The translations under genes were made by a program, and so were the position numbers. A stretch of DNA of 64,000 bases from Candidatus Thalassarchaeaceae archaeon. GTDB lineage: Archaea > Thermoplasmatota > Poseidoniia > Poseidoniales > Thalassarchaeaceae. The stretch's first letter is position 1. Every line of letters starts with the position of its first letter. A model generated the notes under the pieces. The model had not been told where the DNA came from and searched no databases. It was given only the letters and a program-made list of their open reading frames with translations. The DNA is taken from positions 167 to 64,166 of the forward strand of contig JBJLBJ010000001.1 of assembly GCA_045568235.1 (NCBI GenBank), written 5' to 3'. Positions 19,344 through 28,249 of the stretch are shown here, one piece after another.

Positions 19344-20711
19344 ATGGCAGGTGAATTAGAAAGTGTGTTATCTTCATTAACTGATGGATTGGACGATATA
19401 GAAGAAATGGGGTTTCTGTATCAAATTGGATTTAGTATTATTCTTATCTCTATCGCAATACTCGCCGTTAGATTTGGATTCTCTAGACTAGCATGGAGAA
19501 TAGTAAAAAAAACTGAGAATGAATGGGATAATGCAGCTTTAGGCCCAGTAACAAATAGGCTGTACATATTTGTTTTATGTGCCGGTTTAGAATTATCAAT
19601 CGATTGGATTGATAGTGGTAGCGATAGTGCATTTTATTCAGGCATAGAGCCTTATTTCTCTGCATCTTATATTCTATTAACAACTTCTCTGATTAGCGTT
19701 GGCATAAAGTATGTAGTCCCTGCAATTTTTGAGAAATATACTGTAAATAGATCAGTAACAGTTACTGGTGGCAATCCAATAATGGTGTTTATTTCTAGGG
19801 CTGTAATTTGGTTTATTGGATTGAATTTGGCACTGAATACCATAGGAATAGAATTACTAGGAATATTGGCATCTTTAGCAGTATTCTCGCTAATAATTGG
19901 TCTTGCAGTTCAGCAAACCCTAGGCAATATAGTAAATTCATTCATGCTTGCTATTGACCAGCCCTTTGAAGTTGGAGATAGGATAGAAGTAGATGGAGTG
20001 ATGGGTAATGTAGTTTCAGTCGGAATATTGTCGACGAAAATAATTACAATTTCAGAACAATTAGTTATCATACCAAATAATAGGCTCATAGATTCTACCA
20101 TTACTAATTTCGCAAGAGGAGGAGGAGATGGAGTAGCTACAAGAGTCTCCCTAAGGATCGATATAGGAGTAGATTATGATGAAAATTCTGCTCATGTAAA
20201 ACAAGTAATCTCAAATGTTGCAGGTAAGTGCGAATATGTATTATCTGATCCTCAACCAATGGTACTGCTAAGAGAATTGGGAGATTATGCAAAAGTTTAC
20301 CGACTTTATGCTTGGATAGAAGATTACAGTGATGAATTCTTGGCTAAAGACTGGTTATTAAGAGAAATTGATGTTCGCTTTGGAATTGAAAGTATAAGTA
20401 TTCCATATCCTGTATCAGTAGAACTTTCTCAGAAGATGTCTCCATTTGGATTTGATGCTTCCGGGAAGTTAGATAATGATGAATCAGCCCTTGGTAGGCG
20501 TAGTAGAAGAAAAGCTAGCAGACAGCACATAGCTACTATGAATATGGAAAGGGACGAAGCTAGAGTTAAAGATGAGAGAGAGAGTATGAAAGAAGATTTG
20601 GAATATCTTCAGGCGCAGTTGTCACAAGGGGATTTGAAACGTATCGAAAGAGAAACTATAGAGAGTGATATAAGGAATCTTGAGAGTTTATTGGCTCAAT
20701 TCTCCGATTAA
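19344..20711 (+). CDS. Small-conductance mechanosensitive channel (MscS family) with a C-terminal coiled-coil extension
   Basis: Several N-terminal TM segments are followed by GLAVQQTLGNIVNSFMLAIDQPFEVGDRIEVDGVMGNVVSVGILSTKIIT...IPNN, which is the MscS pore-helix/beta-domain signature. Confidence 0.85.
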   Translation: MAGELESVLSSLTDGLDDIEEMGFLYQIGFSIILISIAILAVRFGFSRLAWRIVKKTENEWDNAALGPVTNRLYIFVLCAGLELSIDWIDSGSDSAFYSGIEPYFSASYILLTTSLISVGIKYVVPAIFEKYTVNRSVTVTGGNPIMVFISRAVIWFIGLNLALNTIGIELLGILASLAVFSLIIGLAVQQTLGNIVNSFMLAIDQPFEVGDRIEVDGVMGNVVSVGILSTKIITISEQLVIIPNNRLIDSTITNFARGGGDGVATRVSLRIDIGVDYDENSAHVKQVISNVAGKCEYVLSDPQPMVLLRELGDYAKVYRLYAWIEDYSDEFLAKDWLLREIDVRFGIESISIPYPVSVELSQKMSPFGFDASGKLDNDESALGRRSRRKASRQHIATMNMERDEARVKDERESMKEDLEYLQAQLSQGDLKRIERETIESDIRNLESLLAQFSD

Positions 20712-20751
20712 TTTTCGTAATAGATTTAGCCCTCCTACACATCCGGTGTTT

Positions 20752-22050
20752 ATGGAGATAGATACTGCAACCTCTGCGAAAAGTGCTGGCTTGAAAATAT
20801 CAAATAGAAAAGTCCCTGGAATAAGTAGGGAAAAAATAGAAATTAAGTCAGAAGAAGATGATAAAATAAAGATAGAGTGGAAATATATTAACCCAGATGG
20901 CAAGATTTTGAAAGATGAGGAAAGAATAGTATTTCTAAACTCTCTTGCAGTTCCTCCTGCTTGGACAGATGTATGGTTCGATAGTAACTCAAAAGGACAC
21001 ATTCAAGCTACTGGAAAGGATGATAAAGGAAGATTGCAGTATAGATATCACCCAGATTGGATAAAGAAAAGAGCGGATATGAAGTTTGATGATGTTGATG
21101 AATTCGGCGTTGCACTCCAAGAAATAAGAGATCGGTATTGGGGCGATTTGGAAATGAGAACACAAAAAGGAAATTTTCCTTTTCACAAAGCGGTTGCGCT
21201 TGTAATATACTTAATGGATAGATATCATATCCGAGTTGGATCAGACCAATACGCAGCAGAAAATGAATCATATGGACTTACAACAATAACAAAGGGGCAT
21301 TTTACTCTTTTGAAAGGAAAAAAGGCTATTGAAGGTAGAATAGATGCAATATTCAGTTTTACAGGGAAATCAGGAAAGCCATGGAAACTATTAATCAGGG
21401 ATGATGATATCGTAAAAATGATTCAGGAATCAAAAGCTTTAGGAGATAATGATGAAGAAACGGATTTATTTAGTTATAGCGATGATATGGGAAATATTGT
21501 AGACATAAAGGCAGATCATGTAAATAAATATATTCAAGAAGCTACAGAGAAAGGATATACTGCAAAGAACTTCAGGACATGGGCTGCTACTTGGAAGGCA
21601 GGCGCGAGACTGGCATTAATTACTGAGGCTACTGAGGAAGAAATACTAAAAATACCGAAATTATATGAAGAGTGGAATGAATTAGATAACCCTCATGAAT
21701 TTGAACCAATGATAGAATGGAAAGGTGCTAGGCTAAAGAGGCCTGAGGGATTGGTTAAGTTAGCACAGAATTCTAAATTACCCGGAAAGACCGAGAAAGA
21801 AAGAATGGCTACAATGCTGGCAGTTGTAGATACCGTTGCGGCTGACTTAGGAAATACCAGATCTGTATGCAGGTCTTCATACATCAGACCTATGTTCTTA
21901 GAAGATTGGGAAAAAGGAGTTTTTCACAAAAAATGGATGGAAGCCACAAAGATGGTTAAAACAGAGGATTTGCAAAGGCAGGGATTTACAAAAGAGGAAA
22001 CTTTAGCTGAGGCAACAGCAATTCATTACATGAAAAAGAATGAAAAATAG
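20752..22050 (+). CDS. DNA topoisomerase IB, short (poxvirus/bacterial-like) form
   Basis: The motifs GKDDKGRLQYRYHPDW, RVGSDQYAAENESYGLTTI, KNFRTWAATW and CRSSYIRP (putative catalytic Tyr) fit the type IB signature as I recall it. I placed the start at ATG 20752 because the longer ORF start at 20680 overlaps the mscS end. Confidence 0.78.
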   Translation: MEIDTATSAKSAGLKISNRKVPGISREKIEIKSEEDDKIKIEWKYINPDGKILKDEERIVFLNSLAVPPAWTDVWFDSNSKGHIQATGKDDKGRLQYRYHPDWIKKRADMKFDDVDEFGVALQEIRDRYWGDLEMRTQKGNFPFHKAVALVIYLMDRYHIRVGSDQYAAENESYGLTTITKGHFTLLKGKKAIEGRIDAIFSFTGKSGKPWKLLIRDDDIVKMIQESKALGDNDEETDLFSYSDDMGNIVDIKADHVNKYIQEATEKGYTAKNFRTWAATWKAGARLALITEATEEEILKIPKLYEEWNELDNPHEFEPMIEWKGARLKRPEGLVKLAQNSKLPGKTEKERMATMLAVVDTVAADLGNTRSVCRSSYIRPMFLEDWEKGVFHKKWMEATKMVKTEDLQRQGFTKEETLAEATAIHYMKKNEK

Positions 22051-22089
22051 GGTGATAATATCGATAAAAAGATAATTTATCTTGATTTA

Positions 22090-22296
22090 TTGGGTTTTTA
22101 TTGTCCAATACCTGTCCATGAATTAAGGAAAGCAATCAATTCTACACATCAAGAATCTATCTTTGAATTAGTATGTGATGATCCAGAAACATTGCACGAT
22201 ATACCGTCACTCTGCGAAAGGATGGGAGTTAAATTAGAAAGTGTTACGGAAAAATCTGGAGAATATCATTTTAGAATTAAAAAAACTATTCCTTAA
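22090..22296 (+). CDS. TusA/SirA-like sulfur-carrier protein; start codon uncertain
   Basis: LDLLGFYCPIPVHELRKAI contains the CPxP active-site Cys motif and the size fits the family. The only in-frame canonical start (TTG 22090) would cut off the conserved LDLLG strand. The ORF is in the same frame as the topoisomerase gene, 13 codons after its TAG. Confidence 0.6.
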   Translation: MGFYCPIPVHELRKAINSTHQESIFELVCDDPETLHDIPSLCERMGVKLESVTEKSGEYHFRIKKTIP

Positions 22297-22347
22297 GTGA
22301 TATTGTGTACTAGATGGTTCAATAAATGAATAGTGTTTGGTGAGTGT

Positions 22348-22971
22348 ATGGAGAAACGGGAGATAGTATCCGAAACTAAAGTTCCTGCGGATGCAAAACT
22401 ACCAACAATTCATGGCGAATTTAGAATCAGAGTCTTTCATGAAGAAGATACTGGCTTTGATCACGTAGCACTTACGCTTGGCGATATGGTTGGCCCGGAT
22501 CCTGTTCTAGTTCGAGTACATTCTGAATGCCTTACAGGAGATGCTTTCAGTAGTCTTAGATGTGATTGTGGCGCACAATTAGATACTGCACTAAAGCAAA
22601 TACAAGAAAAGGGCTGGGGTTGTTTGGTTTATTTGCGTCAAGAAGGAAGAGGTATCGGCCTACATGCTAAAATTCAGGCATATAACTTACAAGATAAGGG
22701 CGCAGATACACATGATGCTAATTTAATGCTAGGACATCCAGTAGATGCAAGGAACTATAATATTGCATCAGTAATACTTAATTCAATTGGAATCGAGAAA
22801 ATTTCTCTTATGACGAATAATCCTGAGAAAGTAAAACAATTGAATAAATTTGGCATAGAAGTTGAAGAGACAGTTCCACTAATTGTAGGAGTAGTTGAAG
22901 AAAATAAAGATTATTTAGTTACGAAAGTAGATAGGATGGGGCACTCAATAGATGAAGATTTTCTAAATTGA
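22348..22971 (+). CDS. ribA: GTP cyclohydrolase II
   Basis: VRVHSECLTGDAFSSLRCDCGAQL contains the zinc-binding Cys cluster, and LRQEGRGIGL is present. The ~200-aa length fits. ATG 22348 is preferred over GTG 22333. Confidence 0.9.
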   Translation: MEKREIVSETKVPADAKLPTIHGEFRIRVFHEEDTGFDHVALTLGDMVGPDPVLVRVHSECLTGDAFSSLRCDCGAQLDTALKQIQEKGWGCLVYLRQEGRGIGLHAKIQAYNLQDKGADTHDANLMLGHPVDARNYNIASVILNSIGIEKISLMTNNPEKVKQLNKFGIEVEETVPLIVGVVEENKDYLVTKVDRMGHSIDEDFLN

Positions 22972-22973
22972 CA

Positions 22974-23049
22974 TGGGGCCGTGACCGGGAATTGAACCCG
23001 GACCGGCGGGACCACAACCCACCGTGCTAACCATTACACCATCACAGCC
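22974..23049 (-). tRNA. tRNA-His (anticodon GTG) with encoded G-1 and encoded CCA
   Basis: The reverse complement is G-GCTGTGA..TGGTGTAATGGTTAGCAC..GTGGG-TTGTGGT-CCCGC..GGTCCGGGTTCAATTCCCGG-TCACGGC-C-CCA. It folds as a cloverleaf with a 7-bp acceptor stem, anticodon loop TTGTGGT, and the G-1 opposite C73 that is typical of tRNA-His. Confidence 0.9.
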
Positions 23050-23152
23050 GTATGTATGCTTAGCGCAATATGTAACGTTTATCAATCGTATGTTCAAAAT
23101 ATTTACACTATTATACCAACGTATTGAAGCATAGCACTCCTACGCAAGTATC

Positions 23153-24394
23153 ATGGAGTGGAGAGAACAATGTTTGTTTACTGTGATTGTAATCTTGGGT
23201 TTACTATTTCCTCTACCTATTTACAGTGCTGATGAAGTAATTTCTGTAGAAGAGATAGAATTACTGGAAAGTGGAAATTTTCAAGATTCAGAAGAATGGG
23301 AAATTTCATCTACATCTGGTTTTTCAACTAATATAGCTGAATACAGTGTCGGAATGGTTGCAGATAATGAATTATCAATAACTCACTCTAGGCCGGATAA
23401 TTTTGTAACCCATACAGAATGGGCAACATCTAGTATTACTAATTCCAATAATACTCTTGGAAATCCAGACTCATTTTATACATGGTCAAAAGGGCCTGAT
23501 ATAACTATGAGTGGGTATGATTTTTCAAGTTTCAATACTTACATAATTGAAAATGTATCAGTAGTTTTACACATCAGTATTCCTGAAGAATTATATCAAG
23601 ATGAAGTTTACATAAAACTTCAAAATCATGGATCTGATAAATTAATTACTGTATTAACAAATGTCGATACTCCCGGAGGACTCAATCGGATGAATAATCC
23701 GTTAGTCATATCATTGGATGATTTGGTAGAATGGGACTGGGAGAAAATAGAAGATACACAGTTCACAATAGATTATGCTTCAGATAATATAGGACCGGAT
23801 GATTCTGAAGTTCGAGTAGACGCAGTAGGAATTAGAGTAAAATATAATCAACCATGGTATTCCTTTGAGAACGTAAAAGCAGAAACGGTAGTATCAAGTA
23901 ATGAATTACCTATCATTGACTTTGGACCATATGAAGGAAGTATTGAAAAATTAATTTATTCTACTTGTGGTTTAGAAAAGGAAGAACAGTTAGAAGATGG
24001 GATTTGGGATATAACTGAAATAGAAAAACCTCCTTCACAGGAATTTGGAAGGATACATTCCTATGGAGATGGTAATTTCACATTGAAATACAAAAAAAGT
24101 GATGGAACATTCCAAAGTATTAATTCTGGAGAATTGTTACCTATATTAGGAGAAAAAATAGATTTGAAGATTTTAGTTCACGATGGTTGCATAGAAAAAA
24201 TAAGGATAGATATTAATGACCCCGTGCTAATAATAGAGGGAGGAGTGACAGGGAAAACTGATGGCCTATCAAACTCTTCACAAGTTTTGTTTGCTATTGA
24301 TGATGAATTAGTATTTTCTATGAATATAGGAATAGGTAATTTCTCATATTCTATTCCAATTGGATTTGCATTTCCAGAAGAGGGGAGATTTTGA
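23153..24394 (+). CDS. Secreted hypothetical protein; probably the N-terminal part of a frameshift-split gene
   Basis: It has a signal-peptide-like N-terminus (CLFTVIVILGLLFPLPIYSADE) and no recognisable named domain. It ends at a TGA just after a GGGG run (24382-24385), where the next ORF is already open in another frame. Confidence 0.6.
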   Translation: MEWREQCLFTVIVILGLLFPLPIYSADEVISVEEIELLESGNFQDSEEWEISSTSGFSTNIAEYSVGMVADNELSITHSRPDNFVTHTEWATSSITNSNNTLGNPDSFYTWSKGPDITMSGYDFSSFNTYIIENVSVVLHISIPEELYQDEVYIKLQNHGSDKLITVLTNVDTPGGLNRMNNPLVISLDDLVEWDWEKIEDTQFTIDYASDNIGPDDSEVRVDAVGIRVKYNQPWYSFENVKAETVVSSNELPIIDFGPYEGSIEKLIYSTCGLEKEEQLEDGIWDITEIEKPPSQEFGRIHSYGDGNFTLKYKKSDGTFQSINSGELLPILGEKIDLKILVHDGCIEKIRIDINDPVLIIEGGVTGKTDGLSNSSQVLFAIDDELVFSMNIGIGNFSYSIPIGFAFPEEGRF

Positions 24395-25526
24395 AGTTGG
24401 TATCGCTACAAGATTTCAATGGGCATCGGATGGGACCAGTGAAACAACTGTTCTACACCTTAGATCAATCGGAATTGAAGGAGGTTTTCACATTGAATGG
24501 GATTACAACCCAGAATGTATACAAATGGATGATTTAGAAATAGATGAAGATCAAGGTGGTTTAATTATGCCGATATCAACCAGATGTGAAGATGACATTA
24601 CAGGTCAGGAGGATTTTATCTTAACTGCAATTAGCATGGATGAAGAGTTAGTAGAGGTTTCATCGGAAGGTGGTGATTTAAGGATACAACCAGTAGAGAA
24701 CAAATATGGTGAGACTAACATAAATATTAGTATTATTGATCAAAGAGGTAATACTTGGGATGACACTTTTAAAATAAGAATAAATTCAGTACACGATTCT
24801 CCAGTTCTTAGTAATCTACCGCTAACTGCTTATGTAGAATTAGGAGAAACAGAAATTGTAAATATTTCAATAATTGATGTAGATACTGAAGAATTATTTA
24901 TCTCAACAAGTAGAAGTTGGGCAACTATTGATCCGTCTCGTAATTTAGTACTAACACCAGTACAGAGTGGCACTCACAAAGTTGAGATAGTTATTAGTGA
25001 CGGGGAATTCGAAATAAGAGAAACAATAGAAGTTGTAGTTTCAGCAAAACCAGACCTATCTGTAGATGAGATTGAAGTTACAAAGAGTGGAGTAAAATAC
25101 GATATCTTAGAAGAAGGAGACATAGTACAAATAATTTCATATGTGAGAAATTTAGGGAGAACAGAGGCCAATAATATAAATGTTCAATGTAATGTTGATG
25201 GTATTTTGGTTGGACAAGATACTATTGAAAAGATTGCCCCAGGAGGATTAGGAATTTCAACTTGCGATACACAATTTGATTATCAAAGTGAAGGAATAGA
25301 AATTATGATAGAAGTTGACAGTACAACAGAAATATTGGAAACGAATGAGGAAAATAATCTAATGACCATTTTCATTGAAGTCGTAGGCATAGATTCTGGA
25401 GAGAATAATGAAATTGATAGAGAATTGATAATTATTATTTCGTCATTTACCGTGATGACTTTAGCATTTGCAGTATTGCAAATGGGTCCAAAAAAGATCA
25501 AAAGAGAATTTGAGAAGATAAAATAA
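24360..25526 (+). CDS. Hypothetical cell-surface protein with a CARDB-like domain and a C-terminal TM anchor; probably the C-terminal part of a frameshift-split gene
   Basis: PDLSVDEIEVTKSG...GDIVQIISYVRNLGRTEANNINVQCNVDG resembles a CARDB-type beta-sandwich. The C-terminus has the hydrophobic helix LIIIISSFTVMTLAFAVLQ followed by a basic tail. It has no signal peptide of its own, and its only start is TTG at 24360. Confidence 0.6.
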   Translation: MDLHFQKRGDFEVGIATRFQWASDGTSETTVLHLRSIGIEGGFHIEWDYNPECIQMDDLEIDEDQGGLIMPISTRCEDDITGQEDFILTAISMDEELVEVSSEGGDLRIQPVENKYGETNINISIIDQRGNTWDDTFKIRINSVHDSPVLSNLPLTAYVELGETEIVNISIIDVDTEELFISTSRSWATIDPSRNLVLTPVQSGTHKVEIVISDGEFEIRETIEVVVSAKPDLSVDEIEVTKSGVKYDILEEGDIVQIISYVRNLGRTEANNINVQCNVDGILVGQDTIEKIAPGGLGISTCDTQFDYQSEGIEIMIEVDSTTEILETNEENNLMTIFIEVVGIDSGENNEIDRELIIIISSFTVMTLAFAVLQMGPKKIKREFEKIK

Positions 25527-25742
25527 TTTATTTCAATCTAAAAAAACAATACGTATGGCCGATAATCACTCTAAAGTAGGGAATAGTTATATCAGGATTG
25601 GTGGCGAAATATACTTACTACGCTCTCAGGTTGTGTGGCCAATGAGCTTAGTGGTGTGTGAAAAAAATGATGAAACTGAAAATTCGTTTAGAAACGGAAG
25701 AATGGGTTTATGAAGAACACGAATTGATTTAAAATTCGTATA

Positions 25743-26723
25743 TTACTTTGTAGACCAAGTCTGAGGATAAGTTCCCGGAGTCATTAATACAGATTGTGAT
25801 GTTGCAATTTGTCCTGATTTGATATCGATTAAATTGTCTGAGTCTACTTCTAAATTAGCTATTGCAACTGCTTCTTCTTTTAGACTCATGATTATGATTG
25901 TATCGCCTTTTTTAATTCCCTTTTCTATTTTAACTAATCCTGGCCTGGCAAGAGGTGCTCCATGAGAAACGGCTGATGCCGCTCCATCTTTTACATATGC
26001 TTTTGGCAAATTTCTCAATACTGATTCAATTGGAGATATTAGTTTTCTAAGGCCTTGATCATCACCTTGATTATTCCATAAAAATACAGCATCAGTTAGT
26101 TGATGCATTGTACATGCCATGCTTTCATTAAAGTTTCCTGTATTGTCTCTGTGGAGCTCTGTTAAGTCACATTTTGTTCCTAGCAGTAATCCAATATCTT
26201 TTGCTAAAGTTCGAATATAAGTACCTGCATTACAAGAAACATGAATTATTGCTATTTTGCCATCCTTGTCAAAATCAATTAATTCATTAGAAAATATCAT
26301 TCTTGTACGGACTTGTACCTTAACGGCCGAGTCTTTTGGAGGGACATTATATATTTCTCCTTTAACAATATTTAGGACATTTTCTAATTCTTCACTTGCG
26401 ATGGCATCAGAAAATCTGAGAACAGCAGTATAACTTTTATTTGAATTTAGGACAACATTAGTTATTTTAGTGGCTCTTCCACATAACAAAGTAAGTAATC
26501 CTGTTGCAAATGGATCTAAAGTACCTCCATGACCAAGTCTATTCAGTCCCAGTAAATCCCTTGCCCAAGCAGTCAATTGGTGACTAGTCGGACCAGATGG
26601 TTTATTCACCAAAATGATTCCTGAATCAAGTAATTCTGTAATACTACGATTATTTGGTGGACACCCATACTTATGATTAGTTTCTGCGGAATCATCAAAA
26701 ATCCAATAATCTTGATTTGACAT
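25743..26723 (-). CDS. cbf5: tRNA/rRNA pseudouridine synthase Cbf5 (TruB family, with PUA domain)
   Basis: GPTSHQLTAWARDLLGLNRLGHGGTLDPFATGLL carries the TruB catalytic Asp motif. The C-terminus is PUA-like (KDGAASAVSHGAPLARPGLV). It follows cmk, as in the conserved archaeal cluster. Confidence 0.92.
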   Translation of the reverse strand: MSNQDYWIFDDSAETNHKYGCPPNNRSITELLDSGIILVNKPSGPTSHQLTAWARDLLGLNRLGHGGTLDPFATGLLTLLCGRATKITNVVLNSNKSYTAVLRFSDAIASEELENVLNIVKGEIYNVPPKDSAVKVQVRTRMIFSNELIDFDKDGKIAIIHVSCNAGTYIRTLAKDIGLLLGTKCDLTELHRDNTGNFNESMACTMHQLTDAVFLWNNQGDDQGLRKLISPIESVLRNLPKAYVKDGAASAVSHGAPLARPGLVKIEKGIKKGDTIIIMSLKEEAVAIANLEVDSDNLIDIKSGQIATSQSVLMTPGTYPQTWSTK

Positions 26724-26727
26724 AATC

Positions 26728-27276
26728 CTAACTCCCTAAATAATTATTTACAATTTGAAATACATCATCTTCATTCTTGTCATCTGCCTCTACTATAAGG
26801 TCATATGGAGATAAATCATCCAAATCAATATTATAAAGAGTCTCATATCTATCCATATCGTCCTTTTGGCGTTTTCTAGATTTTTCTAGGCAAGCATTAA
26901 ATTCCCCTCCTTCTCTATTTTGGATTCTTTTTGCTCTTTCAATGTCAGATACAGAAATCCAAATTTTAATACAGTCTAATTTTAATTCTTGAGCCCACCA
27001 TCCGCATAATCTACTCTCAATAATTTCTGGAGAGTTTGGAGAAGTCATAATTTGTTTTAGAGTATTATCTAAAGATCTATCGGCATCTAAATCATTCTTA
27101 CATAAAGCACTAAATTCTTCTATACTTATATTTCTTTCAAATGCGGCAGATCTAAATATCTCACCACCGTTGATGTAATTCCAATTCCTTTCTTTAGATA
27201 ATCTTGAAACAAGAGTTGAAGTTCCACTGCCTGGAGGGCCACTAATAGTTACTTTGGGCAAAGATATCATCTCCAT
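26728..27276 (-). CDS. cmk: Archaeal-type cytidylate kinase
   Basis: P-loop ISGPPGSGTST, ~180 aa, and the conserved archaeal position between the DUF106 membrane protein and cbf5. Confidence 0.8.
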   Translation of the reverse strand: MEMISLPKVTISGPPGSGTSTLVSRLSKERNWNYINGGEIFRSAAFERNISIEEFSALCKNDLDADRSLDNTLKQIMTSPNSPEIIESRLCGWWAQELKLDCIKIWISVSDIERAKRIQNREGGEFNACLEKSRKRQKDDMDRYETLYNIDLDDLSPYDLIVEADDKNEDDVFQIVNNYLGS

Positions 27277-28223
27277 TCATAGCGACACATTTCACAACGT
27301 AACTTACCGGTTGATGTTCTGTAGACCATGTCTGAACTGCATGACTTACAAGTTGTGCCATCCTTTGGAGGTGCAACATGTAAATTTCCTGACGACCTCT
27401 TAGAATTATTAGAATCACCGGTTTTCCTAGGCCCGGCACGTTTTCTCTGGGTACGTTGATTACGAGGGCTATTATTCTTATTTGTACGACTTTCTTCCAA
27501 TAAATACAATAGAGGTTCAGGTATTGATTCACCGGCTGTTACTAACGGATGAGACTTATATCTTACTAGTTTTATATGCCTATCTACTATTCTTCCCAAT
27601 GGTGCACTCATGGATATATACGTCGCAATCCACGCAGGGAATATCCAAAACACTTTATTTTCGAAATTCCATGTTGCTGACCATGGCGTACTTACATAAT
27701 CAACTCTAAAACTTTCAGTCGATGTTGCCATCCAACTAAAAATAGCAATAATGAAAATCATAGTAAACATCATCGGCTTCATCATTGCAGCCTGCATAGC
27801 CATTTGTTCAGGCATCATTTGCATTTGTAATTTCTGCATTTTTTCCGTAGTAGCCATATCTCTAGCCATTCTAGCTTCTCTTGTTTTTTGACCTATTTGC
27901 CTAGACCTATGAGAATAATGCGCTTGTCTAATTGGATCTAAGAAAAATGACCTTATAATTGTGTTAACAATCATTATAGAAGATCCCAAGAAGAATACTG
28001 TTGGAATGAAATATTGGTTATGGAAAGGTAGCATGGGCTCTATTACAGTTCCTGCACTATCTGATAATAGATCTCTGAAGCCAGGAAAAAACATCAAAAG
28101 AACCATCATTCCAATTAAAAAAAGCATAGGAAAAAGCATAGCTGACATAGCTTCAGTTTGAGCATCCCCACTAGGCTCCGCGGTAACCATGAATATACGG
28201 TCGTAACAATCTAGAATGAACAC
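27267..28223 (-). CDS. DUF106/EMC3-TMCO1-like membrane protein (archaeal YidC/Oxa1-superfamily insertase candidate) with a basic tail and a C-terminal zinc ribbon
   Basis: A TM helix is followed by a Met/Gln-rich amphipathic segment (TEKMQKLQMQMMPEQMAMQAAMMKPMMFTMIFIIAIFSWM) and further TM helices, as in DUF106 proteins. It sits immediately upstream of cmk. The extra C-terminal region is SPRNQRTQRKRAGPRKTG...CKSCSSDMVYRTSTGKLRCEMCRYEW. Confidence 0.75.
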   Translation of the reverse strand: MFILDCYDRIFMVTAEPSGDAQTEAMSAMLFPMLFLIGMMVLLMFFPGFRDLLSDSAGTVIEPMLPFHNQYFIPTVFFLGSSIMIVNTIIRSFFLDPIRQAHYSHRSRQIGQKTREARMARDMATTEKMQKLQMQMMPEQMAMQAAMMKPMMFTMIFIIAIFSWMATSTESFRVDYVSTPWSATWNFENKVFWIFPAWIATYISMSAPLGRIVDRHIKLVRYKSHPLVTAGESIPEPLLYLLEESRTNKNNSPRNQRTQRKRAGPRKTGDSNNSKRSSGNLHVAPPKDGTTCKSCSSDMVYRTSTGKLRCEMCRYEWR

Positions 28224-28249
28224 TTCGGTTTAAATCTCAAAAAAAGGCA

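Noticed and set aside
2533-19345. Dozens of short alternative-frame and antisense ORFs inside the 17-kb giant gene (for example 14569..15051, 15064..15609, 17827..18204, 18323..18727, 18456..18680)
   Set aside because: All are nested in one uninterrupted 5,682-codon ORF with clear domain signatures. Their translations are low-complexity or mirror images of the repeats.
22048-22090. Stop-codon read-through or pyrrolysine decoding of the TAG between topoisomerase IB and the in-frame TusA-like ORF
   Set aside because: TAG is used as an ordinary terminator elsewhere in the window (cmk stop at 26728-26730, ORF stop at 37085-37087), and no pyl genes are visible. A non-canonical or frame-shifted TusA start is the simpler explanation.
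25555-25716. 53-aa ORF (MADNHSKVGNSYIRIGGEIYLLRSQVVWP...) in the 216-nt gap between the surface-protein gene and cbf5, considered as a possible L14e-like ribosomal protein or sRNA locus
   Set aside because: The sequence does not resemble L14e or any motif I recognise, and I could not identify C/D or H/ACA box structure. The evidence is insufficient to call it.
27242-28161. ORFs 27242..27532 (-), 27482..27709 (+) and 27961..28161 (+) overlapping the DUF106 gene
   Set aside because: They are nested within or opposite a longer ORF with a convincing family signature and conserved gene neighbourhood. They have no motifs of their own.
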